NCBI GenBank assembly: GCA_963740355.1
Contig: CAVUDW010000003.1
Coordinates: 1,376,001 to 1,440,000 of the forward strand
Reading direction: 5' to 3'
Length of the DNA: 64,000 bases
Source: an uncultured Gemmatimonadaceae bacterium
GTDB lineage: Bacteria; Gemmatimonadota; Gemmatimonadetes; Gemmatimonadales; Gemmatimonadaceae
Shown: piece after piece, positions 18,730 through 28,714 of the stretch
Position numbering within the stretch: the first letter of the stretch is position 1
How the letters are laid out: each line of letters begins with the position of its first letter
The notes under the pieces: generated by a model
Told to the model about the DNA's origin: nothing
Databases searched by the model: none
What the model saw: only the letters and a program-made list of their open reading frames with translations
Translations under genes and position numbers: made by a program

Positions 18730-20133
18730 CTAGAGGCGCGGACTGAGGCCATCCGCCAGCGAGCTCTGATAGGCGCGCCAGGCCGGGACCAATCCTACCA
18801 GCACGCCCGCCGCCAGGACGACGGCGATGTACGCCCATTCCAGCGGGCCAGGCGCCTGCACAGCGATGTGCACACCCGTCTTCGACTCGATCACACCCTG
18901 GGCCAGTGCGAAACCACCCATCACCAATCCAATGCCGAGCGCACAACCCAAAAGGGTGAGGAGCCCGCTTTCGAGCACGAGGAGCGCCACGATCATCGAC
19001 GGGCGAGCGCCAACCGCGCGCAGCACCGCCATCTCGCGACGACGCGCTTCGAGGGAGGAGTAGAGTGCGACCAGCATGCCGATCAGGCCCACCACGATCG
19101 TCAGCGCTCCCACCAGCCTGAGCCCGCCTTCGACCGCGCCGAGCGTTTTCCAGAGTTCGGCGAGCGTGACGCCCGGGATCACCGCCGTGAGCGGTTCGCC
19201 CTTGAACTGGTTGATCTCGCGCTGGAGGCGCAGCGTCTCGAAGCGCGTCTTGGTGCCGACGAGGAATGCGCTGAGCGCCTTCGGCTGGTCTTCGAAGATG
19301 TTGGCGGGCACTGTGTACGCTGGGGCCGTGGCGCCGGGCATCGCTGGCTGGGTCGCGCCTGGCATTGCCGGTGGCGTCGCACCGGGCATTGCGGGCGCTG
19401 CGCTCGGCGCCGTTGCGCTTGGCATCGCTGGTGGCGCTTCGGCACCCGGCATCACCGGCGCACCGCCTGTTCCCGGCATCGCGCCCGCTTCGCCGCCGTG
19501 CATCGCCTCGATGCCATCAAGCGTCACGAACAATGCACGATCGAGCGGCGTGAACGTCTGCTGCAGCACACCCACCACCGTGAATGGATGCGACTCGTGA
19601 TCACCCAGCCCCGCGACCGCGTTCAGGCCATGCCCCACCGTGACCTTCGATCCGACGCGGTAGCCAAGCTTGTCCGCCACTTCACTGCCGATCACCACAT
19701 CACTGTCGGCCGCGATCACCGTGCCGGCGGCGAAGGTCAACTTGCCGGAACTGCGATAGCGCCAATGTTCGAACAATCCCGCCGTAGTGCCGATCACGCG
19801 ATACCCGCGATGTGAATCGCCGATCGCGAGAGGGACGGTCCACTTGATGGCCGGGTGCTTGGTGAACTGTTCGTAGATCGGATACGGCACACTGCCGGTC
19901 GGCGAACCAATGCCAAACACCGATCCAAGCAAGAGCTGCAGTGTGCCGCCGCGTGCACCGACGACCAGATCAGTGCCCTTGATCGTGCCGGTGAAACTCT
20001 CCCGCATACCGCGGCGCGCCTGCTCCACACCAAGCAGCAGCGTGATGCTCAGTGCGACGGCGGCGACGGTGAGGATCGATGTGACGGGACGATTGCGGAG
20101 CGACCGCCAGGCCAATGCCAGCAGGACGTTCAT
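18730..20133 (-). CDS. FtsX/MacB-type ABC permease (ZrgC-like) with Met-Pro-Ala repeat insertion
   Basis: LAWRSLRNR, GTDLVVGARGG..QLLL, PLAIGDSHRGYRVIGT, RRREMAVLRAVGA, LADGLSPRL. Confidence 0.88.
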   Translation of the reverse strand: MNVLLALAWRSLRNRPVTSILTVAAVALSITLLLGVEQARRGMRESFTGTIKGTDLVVGARGGTLQLLLGSVFGIGSPTGSVPYPIYEQFTKHPAIKWTVPLAIGDSHRGYRVIGTTAGLFEHWRYRSSGKLTFAAGTVIAADSDVVIGSEVADKLGYRVGSKVTVGHGLNAVAGLGDHESHPFTVVGVLQQTFTPLDRALFVTLDGIEAMHGGEAGAMPGTGGAPVMPGAEAPPAMPSATAPSAAPAMPGATPPAMPGATQPAMPGATAPAYTVPANIFEDQPKALSAFLVGTKTRFETLRLQREINQFKGEPLTAVIPGVTLAELWKTLGAVEGGLRLVGALTIVVGLIGMLVALYSSLEARRREMAVLRAVGARPSMIVALLVLESGLLTLLGCALGIGLVMGGFALAQGVIESKTGVHIAVQAPGPLEWAYIAVVLAAGVLVGLVPAWRAYQSSLADGLSPRL

Positions 20134-20843
20134 GCGGCGTCGGCGTGTGCAGCCCGGTTCAGCGTCGGCAACGACAGCTGCGTGTCGAAGCGCGCACCCA
20201 GCCCCGCGTCGTGACTCACGAACAGCAGCGTGGCATTGGCGCGCGCGACACTGCTCGCCAGCAAGGCGAGGAAGGCGTCACGCCGATCGGTGTCGAGCGA
20301 CGACGTCGGTTCATCACAGATCACCAGCTCCGGCGCCGCCAGCAACGCGCGCGCCGCAGCCACGCGCTGCTGCTGGCCCACGCTGAGCGCGGTCGATTGC
20401 TGATCGAGGAGGTTCGCGATGTCGAGTTGTGCCGCCACATCACGAATGGCCGCATCGAGCGAGGTGCTGCCCAACCGCGCGCGTCGCCGCGCATCGAGTC
20501 GGCAGGGGAGCGCGATGTTGTCGTACGCGCTCAGGTACGGAATCAAGTTGAACTGCTGGAACACATAGCCGATGTGCTCCGCACGAAAGGCATCGCGCTG
20601 CGATCCACTCATCGTGACGAGGTCGCGGTCGAGCACCTTCACCGACCCGGTGGTGGCCTGCAGCACGCCGGCGAGGATGCCAAGCAGTGTCGTCTTGCCG
20701 CAGCCGGACGGACCGTGCAGAAAGACTCGACTGCCGCGCTCGATCACCAGCGACGGGATGTCGAGCACACGCGGACCAGAGCCGTACGAGAACTGCAGGG
20801 CGTCGATCGTGATCGCGGCGCCGGCGCGCCCCGCCACGGTCAC
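20130..20843 (-). CDS. ABC transporter ATP-binding protein (ZrgB-like)
   Basis: GPSGCGKT, FQQFNLIPYL, LSVGQQQRVA, DEPTSSLD. Confidence 0.92.
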   Translation of the reverse strand: MTVAGRAGAAITIDALQFSYGSGPRVLDIPSLVIERGSRVFLHGPSGCGKTTLLGILAGVLQATTGSVKVLDRDLVTMSGSQRDAFRAEHIGYVFQQFNLIPYLSAYDNIALPCRLDARRRARLGSTSLDAAIRDVAAQLDIANLLDQQSTALSVGQQQRVAAARALLAAPELVICDEPTSSLDTDRRDAFLALLASSVARANATLLFVSHDAGLGARFDTQLSLPTLNRAAHADAA

Positions 20844-21337
20844 TTCTTCACGTACGGCGACACCTTCATGCCCTTGATCGTGAAGCCTGCGGTGCCGTAG
20901 AGGCTTTCCACGAGGTCGATACCAAGCGTGCCCTCGAGCCAGATCGCCTCGAAGAGATCGAGCCGGACCTTCTGCCGGCCTTCCATCTCCACCAGCACCA
21001 TCTGGTTGGGCGGCGGCGGCGGGGTGTGCACGCAGGCGCCGTAATACGGCACCAGCAGGAACTCGGCATCCTCCTGGCTGGCGTCATCCAGCGGCACCAC
21101 GTAGCCGGCGATCCGGACGACCTGACCGCGGAGCGCGCTCAGGGCGGGCAGCACGGCCCCGGTCTGCGGGTTCATGCCGCCCAGCGTCCGCCAGTCGATC
21201 AGGACCGGATCAGCGACCGTACCCGAGCCCGTGGCCGACACGCTCGTGAGCAGCGCAGGGGTGCCGGACACCCAGGGATCACCCAGCGGCGCGGAAAGCG
21301 CGAGGGCGGCGGCGAGGGCAAGCGGAGTCAGGGGCAT
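20840..21337 (-). CDS. DUF3299-family secreted protein (ZrgD-like)
   Basis: Signal peptide; GYVVPLD, EFLLVPYYGACVHTPPPPPNQMV signature. Confidence 0.88.
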   Translation of the reverse strand: MPLTPLALAAALALSAPLGDPWVSGTPALLTSVSATGSGTVADPVLIDWRTLGGMNPQTGAVLPALSALRGQVVRIAGYVVPLDDASQEDAEFLLVPYYGACVHTPPPPPNQMVLVEMEGRQKVRLDLFEAIWLEGTLGIDLVESLYGTAGFTIKGMKVSPYVKK

Positions 21338-21646
21338 GGGTCTCAGGGGAAAGGCGGGCACTCGACGTAACCAACCGGTCCAATATCGCGTGGACGGCTT
21401 CTACCCCGCGAGTACGGAATGCTGCCACCCACTGCTGAAGCCATGTCGGCGCCCAGCCGCTCACCGAATGTTTGCCTGTCGTTCTGACAGCCCGCAGAGG
21501 GGAAAGGGCCATGACCAACGGACTGCCGCGTCCGCAGGCGGCCGTCGCTCAGCTGTGACGAATGCCCGCATCACCTGTCATGAGGGGAGACGAGAGGCCG
21601 CTTACCCACCCCTTGGGCGGTCCGATCATGTCTGACCCTGTTCCAC

Positions 21647-24571
21647 ATGGCATCGATTCAGCTCCCAACACCTCTATTCCTCACGGCACAGCGGCTGAAC
21701 ACGTTGGAGCCGCGAGCACAACTCTCGGCCCGCGGCGCGATTCTCTATGCGCTGGCGTACGCCGCGATGATGCTGTTCGATGCACCGAACATCCTGCTGC
21801 ATGTGATGCTCGTGCCGCCCTGCCTGGTGGCGGCCTGGTTTGCGAGCGAAGCGGTGCGCCGGACGCTCGACCCACGCACACGATTCGCGTGGCGCCTGGT
21901 GTCGGTCGCGCTGCTGATCCAGGCCTTCGGCGATGGTGCCTGGACATACTTCGAGATCATCGGTCGGACCACGATGTGGGATCGCTGGAGCCACACGCCC
22001 CAGTTGCTCATCACACCGCTCTGGCTGGCCGCGGTGCTCACCTTCCCACGCGGCGAACGCAGCAAGGCTGACGCCGCACGATTCACTCTCGATGCACTGA
22101 CGGTGGTGTCAGCGGCCGCGATGGTCGTGTGGCACTTCATTCTCGCACCACTGCTCGCGGATTCAGTCTCGCAGGAAGACATCGGCATCTATACGGTGTA
22201 TGCAGGGCTCGACCTGATCACGCTGGTCGCCGCTGCATCGATGCTGCTGCAGGATCCAGGCCCGACACTGCGCCGCAGTTCGTGGTGGATTGCGACGGGC
22301 TTGATGCTCAGCTTCCTCGCCAACACGTCGTGGGTCGCGCTCAACATGCGTTACGCGCCGACGATCGCGCAGGTGACGGATGTGCTGCGCATCGGTGGCT
22401 ACCTGATGATCGGGCTTGGCGCCTGCGTCGGCTGGGCGGATGCCCGCGGCATCGCACCGGGTGGACGCGGCGCCAAGCTGCGTGCGCGCTTCAGCATCGT
22501 GCCCTACCTCGCCGTCGCGATGGGCTACGGCCTGCTGTTCGTGATGGCGCTGCGCGAGACGTATCACATCACCGACCTAGTGGTCGGCGCGGTGATCCTC
22601 ACAGGTCTGGTGATGGCGCGTCAGCTGACCGCCGTGCGCGAGAACATGCGCCTCTACATCGAGCAGACGGCCAAGGAAACCGAAGCCCGTTTCCGCTCGC
22701 TGGTGCAGCATTCGTCCGACGTCTTCGCGATTCTCGATCCACTCGGCATCATCCGCTACGTCAGCCCGGCCGCCGAACGTGTCTTCGGCACCTCGGCCGA
22801 CCGGATGGTAAATCGCACGCTGGCGGAACTGGTCCACGAAGCCGATCGCGGCGCGTACGAAGCACACTTCTCGGCATCACTGATGGGCAGCTCATCCACC
22901 AGTCACATCGGCTGCCGGATGATCCGCACCGATGGCGAGTGGATGCGCACCGAGACCGTGGCGACGAACCTGCTCGCCGACGTGAACGTGAACGGCATCG
23001 TGCTCACGATCCGCGACGTCACCGAACGTGTCACCCTCGAAGAACACCTGCGCCACCAGGCGCTGCACGATCCGCTGACTGGCCTCGGCAACCGCGCGCT
23101 CTTCCAGGATCGCGTGGCCCATGGATTGGCGCGCGCCGAACGCACCAACGATGAAGTGGCGGTGGTCTTCCTCGACCTCGACAACTTCAAGGAAATCAAC
23201 GACTCGCTCGGTCACGCGGCTGGCGACGCGGTGCTGGTGCAGACGGCCAACCGCCTACGCACCTGCCTCCGAGACAGCGACACTGCGGCACGGTTCGGCG
23301 GCGACGAATTCGCGATCCTGCTGGAGCAGACGCGCGGTGAAGGCGAGGTGATGGATGTGGCCCAACGCATCTCGGCGGCTCTCGGTCGTCCGCTGCAGGT
23401 GGAAGGCAAGGACGTCGACCTCAACGCCAGCATCGGTATCGCTCGCGCACAACCGCAGCAGAGCGCCGATGAAGTGTTGCGCAACGCTGACGTCGCGATG
23501 TACCACGCCAAGGCACGCGGCAAGGCCTGCGCGGTGCTCTACGAAAGTGGCATGCACGCCGCCGTGCTCGATCGCATCGAGATGCAGGCAGATCTGCGCA
23601 AGGCGCTCGAGCGGAATGAACTGACGCTGGTCTACCAGCCGATCGTGGAGCTTGGCACGCAGCAGATCATCGGTGCCGAAGCGCTGGTCCGCTGGAACCA
23701 CCCGTACCGCGGTATGGTCTCGCCGATGGATTTCATTCCGCTGGCGGAAGAGACGGGCCTGATCGTCGAGATTGGCGAGTGGGTGCTACGTACCGCGGCC
23801 ACCGCTGCTGCCAACTGGCCGATTCCACCCGGACAGGTGCCGGTCACGATCACGGTCAATCTCTCGGCGCGACAGATGGTGGACGGCAACTTCATCGACA
23901 TCGTCAAGCGCACGTTGGTCGACACGAAGCTGGACGCCGATCGCCTGGTGCTGGAACTGACGGAAAGCATGCTGGTGGGACGCAGCAACGAAACGCTGGC
24001 GCTGTTGCATCGCATCCGTGCGCTCGGCGTGCGGCTGGCGATCGACGACTTCGGCACGGGGTATTCGTCGCTCGGTTACCTGTCACAGTATCCGCTGGAC
24101 GTGCTCAAGATCGACCGCAGTTTTGTGCAAGGCATGGACAATGGCCCGAACGGTCGCGCGCTGGCATCAGCGGTCGTGGCACTGGGTCGTTCACTGAAGC
24201 TGAAGGTCGTGGCCGAGGGCATCGAGCGCGCGGAGCAGGAGTGGGACCTGCGCAACCTCGGATGTGACTACGGCCAGGGGTACCTGTACTCGAAGCCGAT
24301 CTCGTCGTACCAGCTGGCCGACCTGCTCGAAGTGGGCGACATGGGCGCGCCGCGTCCACAGGGCCCGCGCGCCGTGGTTGGTGGTCCGCTGCTTCCCAAG
24401 CGCACATCACTCAACACGCCGCTCGCGCTGGCCGCAGTGCATGCTGCTCACCAGCCGGTGAACGCTGGCATCGTGCAGTCCGCCGCGCAGTCGCTCGACA
24501 GTGTGATGCCTGACATTCCGGGTGTGATCGCCGTCGAACGACACCTCACGAAGCAGCAGTCAGTCGCTTGA
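21647..24571 (+). CDS. Membrane-bound PAS-GGDEF-EAL protein (diguanylate cyclase/phosphodiesterase)
   Basis: About 10 N-terminal TM helices, PAS (RFRSLVQHSSD), HDPLTGLGNR, RFGGDEF, EALVRW, DDFGTGYSSL. Confidence 0.95.
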   Translation: MASIQLPTPLFLTAQRLNTLEPRAQLSARGAILYALAYAAMMLFDAPNILLHVMLVPPCLVAAWFASEAVRRTLDPRTRFAWRLVSVALLIQAFGDGAWTYFEIIGRTTMWDRWSHTPQLLITPLWLAAVLTFPRGERSKADAARFTLDALTVVSAAAMVVWHFILAPLLADSVSQEDIGIYTVYAGLDLITLVAAASMLLQDPGPTLRRSSWWIATGLMLSFLANTSWVALNMRYAPTIAQVTDVLRIGGYLMIGLGACVGWADARGIAPGGRGAKLRARFSIVPYLAVAMGYGLLFVMALRETYHITDLVVGAVILTGLVMARQLTAVRENMRLYIEQTAKETEARFRSLVQHSSDVFAILDPLGIIRYVSPAAERVFGTSADRMVNRTLAELVHEADRGAYEAHFSASLMGSSSTSHIGCRMIRTDGEWMRTETVATNLLADVNVNGIVLTIRDVTERVTLEEHLRHQALHDPLTGLGNRALFQDRVAHGLARAERTNDEVAVVFLDLDNFKEINDSLGHAAGDAVLVQTANRLRTCLRDSDTAARFGGDEFAILLEQTRGEGEVMDVAQRISAALGRPLQVEGKDVDLNASIGIARAQPQQSADEVLRNADVAMYHAKARGKACAVLYESGMHAAVLDRIEMQADLRKALERNELTLVYQPIVELGTQQIIGAEALVRWNHPYRGMVSPMDFIPLAEETGLIVEIGEWVLRTAATAAANWPIPPGQVPVTITVNLSARQMVDGNFIDIVKRTLVDTKLDADRLVLELTESMLVGRSNETLALLHRIRALGVRLAIDDFGTGYSSLGYLSQYPLDVLKIDRSFVQGMDNGPNGRALASAVVALGRSLKLKVVAEGIERAEQEWDLRNLGCDYGQGYLYSKPISSYQLADLLEVGDMGAPRPQGPRAVVGGPLLPKRTSLNTPLALAAVHAAHQPVNAGIVQSAAQSLDSVMPDIPGVIAVERHLTKQQSVA

Positions 24572-24586
24572 GCGTGTGATTGCGTT

Positions 24587-24615
24587 GAAGGGCAGAGCGA
24601 GATGCTCTGCCCTTC
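24587..24615 (+). terminator. Hairpin terminator after GGDEF-EAL gene
   Basis: GAAGGGCAGAGC-GAGAT-GCTCTGCCCTTC, perfect 12-bp stem. Confidence 0.7.
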
Positions 24616-24644
24616 TCGCGTTTCATACATCGCTGCCCGTTGCG

Positions 24645-25076
24645 AGCATCGCTAACTGCAATTGAGCGGGAGGCCACGGAGCTCACGGAGTAGCTCCATT
24701 CGCGAGCTTTCTGGTTACGCCACCTCCGTTAACTGCAATGTGAGCGGGAGGCCACGGAGCTCACGGAGTAGCTCCATACTCGGAGGGTCGCGTTTCGCAA
24801 CGGAAGAGACGGAAGGGAACTGCTTTTACCTCAAAGTCACCAGAGCGACGCGAAGCACCATTGGCGGCCTGCTGAGCTACTCCGTGAGCTCCGTGGCCTC
24901 CCCCCCATTGCTGTTCACAGAGGCTGCGAAGAGCGGAAGCTGGCCGATGGAGCTACTCCGTGAGCTCCGTGGCCTCCCCCCCATCGCTGTTCACAAAGGC
25001 TGCGAAGAGCGGAAGCTGGCCAATGGAGCTACTCCGTGAGCGCCGTGGCCTCCGCTCCAATGCAGTTAACGATGCT
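24645..25076. repeat. Long-inverted-repeat element, copy 3, with internally amplified arms
   Basis: GAGGCCACGGAGCTCACGGAGTAGCTC twice forward (about 24670, 24748) and three times reversed (24874, 24950, 25026); ~55-bp terminal IR; 76-bp tandem unit; central AGGGAACTGC. Confidence 0.85.
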
Positions 25077-25102
25077 TAGGAAACACCGAACGCTCGCGGA
25101 AA

Positions 25103-26539
25103 TCAGCTCGAACGCGATGTCAGCACGGGAATGAGATTCGAGGCCAGCGAGGCGACGGCTTCGCGGCCGGCGCGGCGGGCGATGGCGACGAGGGAGCCGA
25201 GGGTGGCGCCGATGGCGGTGGCGACGTCGCGGTCGCCGCCGAGGGGTTCGCCGAGGGAGGAGAGGATCTCGCGGCGGAGACGGAGGACGATGGGGGTCGC
25301 GAAGCGGATCGCGTTGAAGCGCGCGTCGTAGCGCACGCCGAGTCCTTCGATCAGTGCGGCGGTTCGCGCGAAGTAGACCATGTCGCCTGGCAGCAGCACC
25401 GGGAAGTCGTACAACGTGGCCATCACTTCGTCGGCCAGGCGCGTGATGCGTTCGATGCGCTCGGTGGCAGTCGTGTGTTCGTTGGCCAACTCGATCAGCT
25501 GCGCGGCAAGCGTGACGATCATCGCGCGGTCGGCGCCGGGTTCGATCAGGCCGAGGGCGTAGAAACCGTCGACGACTTTCTCGACGTCGCCGCGGATCGA
25601 GGCGAAGACAGTCTGCACCAGCGTGCGGCGCGTCTCCACCGGCACTTCGACCACCATGCCGAAGTCGAGCAGCGTAAGACGGCCGTCGGTGTCGACGAAG
25701 ACATTGCCCGGGTGCGGGTCGGCGTGAAAAAGCCCGTCCACCATCATCATCTGGACGTAGAGCTCCATCACCGAGCGCAGCACGTCGTCCGCCTGCACGC
25801 GACCGGTCGTGATCCAGTCGCCCAACTGGTCCACTCGACGACCGTCGATGAACTCCAGCACCAAGGCGCGCTGGCGGGTGTAGGCGTCGATCACTTCCGG
25901 GATGCGGATATTCGGGTTGCTGGCGAAGTTGCGCCGCACCTGTTGCGCGTAGCGCGCTTCCTGACGGAAGTCCATCTCGTCCGACACCCGCTTCTCGAAC
26001 TCGTCGAGCACCGTGCGCAGACCGGCCACGTGCGGCGGGTTGAGGCGCGAGGCGATGAGGTCGAGGATGCGACGTGCGGCCTTGATGTCGCCTGCCACCA
26101 GCTTCTCGACGCCAGGACGGAGCACCTTCACCACCACCTCGCGACCATCGACGCGGGCGCGGTGTACCTGCCCCAGCGACGCTGCGGCCAGCGGTTGCAC
26201 GTCGAACCACTCGAACACCGTCTCCGGAGGCGCGCCATAACTCTCGATCAGGCTCGCACGAATCCGCTCCGGCGACACACCCGGCACCCGATCGGTCAAC
26301 GTCCCGATGGCGCTGACGTAGGGCTCGGGGATGATGTCCGCACGACCGGCGAATAGTTGGGCGAGCTTGACGAAGGTGGGACCGAGTCCGGCCAGCGTCG
26401 CCACCATGCGATCGGCACGCGCCGCATGGAACGATTCCGTGCGCGGCGTGCGTCCACCGAAGAAGAACCACGCCTTCTGGTCCCGTCTAAAGCTCAGGAG
26501 CAGGGGCAGGAATTGCAGCAGGATCTGGATCACACGCAT
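25103..26539 (-). CDS. AarF/UbiB (ABC1) family atypical kinase
   Basis: LGPTFVKLAQ, AAASLGQVH, VVKVLRP, EMDF, FHADPHPGN, LDFGM; ATG 26539. Confidence 0.93.
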   Translation of the reverse strand: MRVIQILLQFLPLLLSFRRDQKAWFFFGGRTPRTESFHAARADRMVATLAGLGPTFVKLAQLFAGRADIIPEPYVSAIGTLTDRVPGVSPERIRASLIESYGAPPETVFEWFDVQPLAAASLGQVHRARVDGREVVVKVLRPGVEKLVAGDIKAARRILDLIASRLNPPHVAGLRTVLDEFEKRVSDEMDFRQEARYAQQVRRNFASNPNIRIPEVIDAYTRQRALVLEFIDGRRVDQLGDWITTGRVQADDVLRSVMELYVQMMMVDGLFHADPHPGNVFVDTDGRLTLLDFGMVVEVPVETRRTLVQTVFASIRGDVEKVVDGFYALGLIEPGADRAMIVTLAAQLIELANEHTTATERIERITRLADEVMATLYDFPVLLPGDMVYFARTAALIEGLGVRYDARFNAIRFATPIVLRLRREILSSLGEPLGGDRDVATAIGATLGSLVAIARRAGREAVASLASNLIPVLTSRSS

Positions 26540-26648
26540 TGTTGAAGATACCCCGGCCCGGTCAGACTGAGCCGTAACGACGATTTGAGGCTCGATGATG
26601 AACGTCTGCTGGCTGGTACGACTGTTCCCTGAAGTGACCGTGAATGCG

Positions 26649-27446
26649 ATGCCGCGAAACCGCGTGCGTGGGACACGTCGGCCCGCGAACGGCGCCCTGA
26701 GTGTGGCCGTGGCCGCCTCGCTGGTGAGCGCGACGCTCGGCGCACAGGCGACCGCCGGCGCGCCCGACACCCTTCCCTGGACCACCCGCAGTGAGGTATT
26801 TCGCGATCCCGGGTGCTCGGGCCGCGAGTGCTCGTCGGCGGAACTCTCGTGGCCAGACTTCGGGAAGCGAGTCGGGCCGCAGGCACGGGTGAATGAGCTC
26901 CTGATGGTGTCGATGGTGGTGCGCGAGAACGCCAGCGCAGCCAACCAGCGACGCAGGAGCGTGGCGGCGGTGGGCAAGGAATTTCTCGATGCCGCGCGCA
27001 AGGGCAGCGCCGCCGGCATGCCGTGGGACGCCAAGCGCACCATTTCAGTGGCCTGCAACACGCCGACGCGTGTGCTGCTGCGGTCGGACGAGTCGAGCTT
27101 CACCGGCGGTGCGCACGGGAATTTCTTCTCGCTGTTCCGGGCCTTTTCCCCGCGCACCGGGGCCCGCGTGAGCGAGGCGGCGATGGTGCCGCTTGCGGCG
27201 CGCCCCGGGATCCTCCCCCTCGTGGAACGCGCCTTCCGCCGGGAACGCGAACTCCCTGCCTCCGGGTCGCTGGCGGAGGTCGGGTACACCTTCAAGGACG
27301 ACCGCTTCGAACTGAGCACGGCTTTCCTCGCCGTCTGTGGGTCGTCATTGTTCGTCCACTGGAACGTGTACAGCATTGCTTCGTACGCGGCCGGGCCCAT
27401 CCACCTGATCATTCCGCTCGACTCGGTGCCGACGTTGCGCCGGTGA
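26649..27446 (+). CDS. Secreted DUF3298/DUF4163 (RsiV-like) protein
   Basis: Signal peptide; FTGGAHG and NVYSIASYAAGP signatures. Confidence 0.75.
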   Translation: MPRNRVRGTRRPANGALSVAVAASLVSATLGAQATAGAPDTLPWTTRSEVFRDPGCSGRECSSAELSWPDFGKRVGPQARVNELLMVSMVVRENASAANQRRRSVAAVGKEFLDAARKGSAAGMPWDAKRTISVACNTPTRVLLRSDESSFTGGAHGNFFSLFRAFSPRTGARVSEAAMVPLAARPGILPLVERAFRRERELPASGSLAEVGYTFKDDRFELSTAFLAVCGSSLFVHWNVYSIASYAAGPIHLIIPLDSVPTLRR

Positions 27447-27467
27447 GCTGTCCTTCATCGCGATCCT

Positions 27468-28655
27468 GTGTCCGTTCACACCCTGCCCTCGCTGGCATCG
27501 CTTCCGCCGTACGTCTTCTCTGAACTCGAACGCCGGAAGACCGCAGCGCGCGCTTCGGGGCATTCGTTCATCGACCTCGGCATCGGCAGCCCGGATCAGG
27601 CCACGCCAGCGGCGATCGTCGAAGCGTTACGCGAGGCGGCGCTGAGCAGCCCCCTCAATCCGTATCCCCCGTTCCGAGGCAGCGAGCGACTGCTGCGTGC
27701 CGCCACGCAGTTCATGGCCGCGCGATTCGGGGTCGAGTTCGCCCATGACAGCGAAGCCGTCGTGCTGGCGGGGTCGAAGGAAGGCATCGCCGAGTTGCTG
27801 GCCGCGATCTGTGGTCCGGGCGATGTAGTGCTCGCGCCGTCGCTCAGCTATCCCGTATATGTGCGCGCACCGCTGATGCATGGTGCCGATGTACACCTGG
27901 TGCCGATGGATCCGGCGCGTAGCTGGCAGCTGGACCTCGACAGTATTCCCGCCGAGACGCTGAAGCGCGCACGAGTCCTGATTGCGAACTACCCCAACAA
28001 TCCAACTGGCGCTGTCACCACGATCGACGACCTGGCCGCGCTGGTGGAATTCTCGAAGCGGCACAATTTGGTATTGCTGCACGATCTCGCGTATTCCGAG
28101 CTGACCTACGACGGCCACGTGGCGCCGAGTGTCTTTCAGGTGCCTGGCGCGCGCGAGGTGGCGGTGGAATTCCACTCTTGCTCGAAGTCGTTCAACATGG
28201 CCGGCATGCGAGCGGGCTTCGTCGTCGGCCGCCGTGATGCGCTAGATGCGCTGCTCGCCTATCGCTCGAATGTCGGCTACGGCGTGTCGATGCCGATCCA
28301 GCATGCGGCGGCGTATGCGCTGGACAATGTGCGGACGTTGATGCCGCCGATCGTGGCCGAGTATGATCGTCGGCGCACGGCGCTCTACGGTGCGCTACAG
28401 GAAGCGGGGTGGGATATCGCGGCACCGCGCGCGGCGATGTATGCCTGGCTGCCGCTACCGGATGGGTTGGAGCCGTGGGACGCGGTGCAGCGCCTGCTGA
28501 TGGAAGGCCAGGTGATGGTGACGCCGGGACTGGCGTTTGGCGAAGCGGGGGCTCGGTGGTTCCGGCTGTCGCTGGTGGCGCCAGCGGAGAAGTTGCGCGA
28601 GGCGGCCGGGCGGATTGTGCAGGTCTTGGGGGCGGTGCCAGCGGGAGTGCGGTAG
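27468..28655 (+). CDS. PLP-dependent class I/II aminotransferase (LL-DAP/AlaC-like)
   Basis: LPPYVF, DLGIGSPD, GSKEGI, NYPNNPTG, DLAY, SCSKSFNMAGMRAG. Confidence 0.92.
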   Translation: MSVHTLPSLASLPPYVFSELERRKTAARASGHSFIDLGIGSPDQATPAAIVEALREAALSSPLNPYPPFRGSERLLRAATQFMAARFGVEFAHDSEAVVLAGSKEGIAELLAAICGPGDVVLAPSLSYPVYVRAPLMHGADVHLVPMDPARSWQLDLDSIPAETLKRARVLIANYPNNPTGAVTTIDDLAALVEFSKRHNLVLLHDLAYSELTYDGHVAPSVFQVPGAREVAVEFHSCSKSFNMAGMRAGFVVGRRDALDALLAYRSNVGYGVSMPIQHAAAYALDNVRTLMPPIVAEYDRRRTALYGALQEAGWDIAAPRAAMYAWLPLPDGLEPWDAVQRLLMEGQVMVTPGLAFGEAGARWFRLSLVAPAEKLREAAGRIVQVLGAVPAGVR

Positions 28656-28714
28656 GCGCTTACTACCGTCGAACTCTGCGCACCACACTCGTCACACCGC
28701 ACCTGATTGACCGA

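Noticed and set aside
24662..25039. 125-aa ORF or CRISPR in the repeat element
   Set aside because: It is a translation of the repeats; units are inverted and the right-hand spacers are near-identical
26540..27412. 769-aa version of the ABC1 kinase
   Set aside because: The extension is the reverse strand of the DUF3298-like gene
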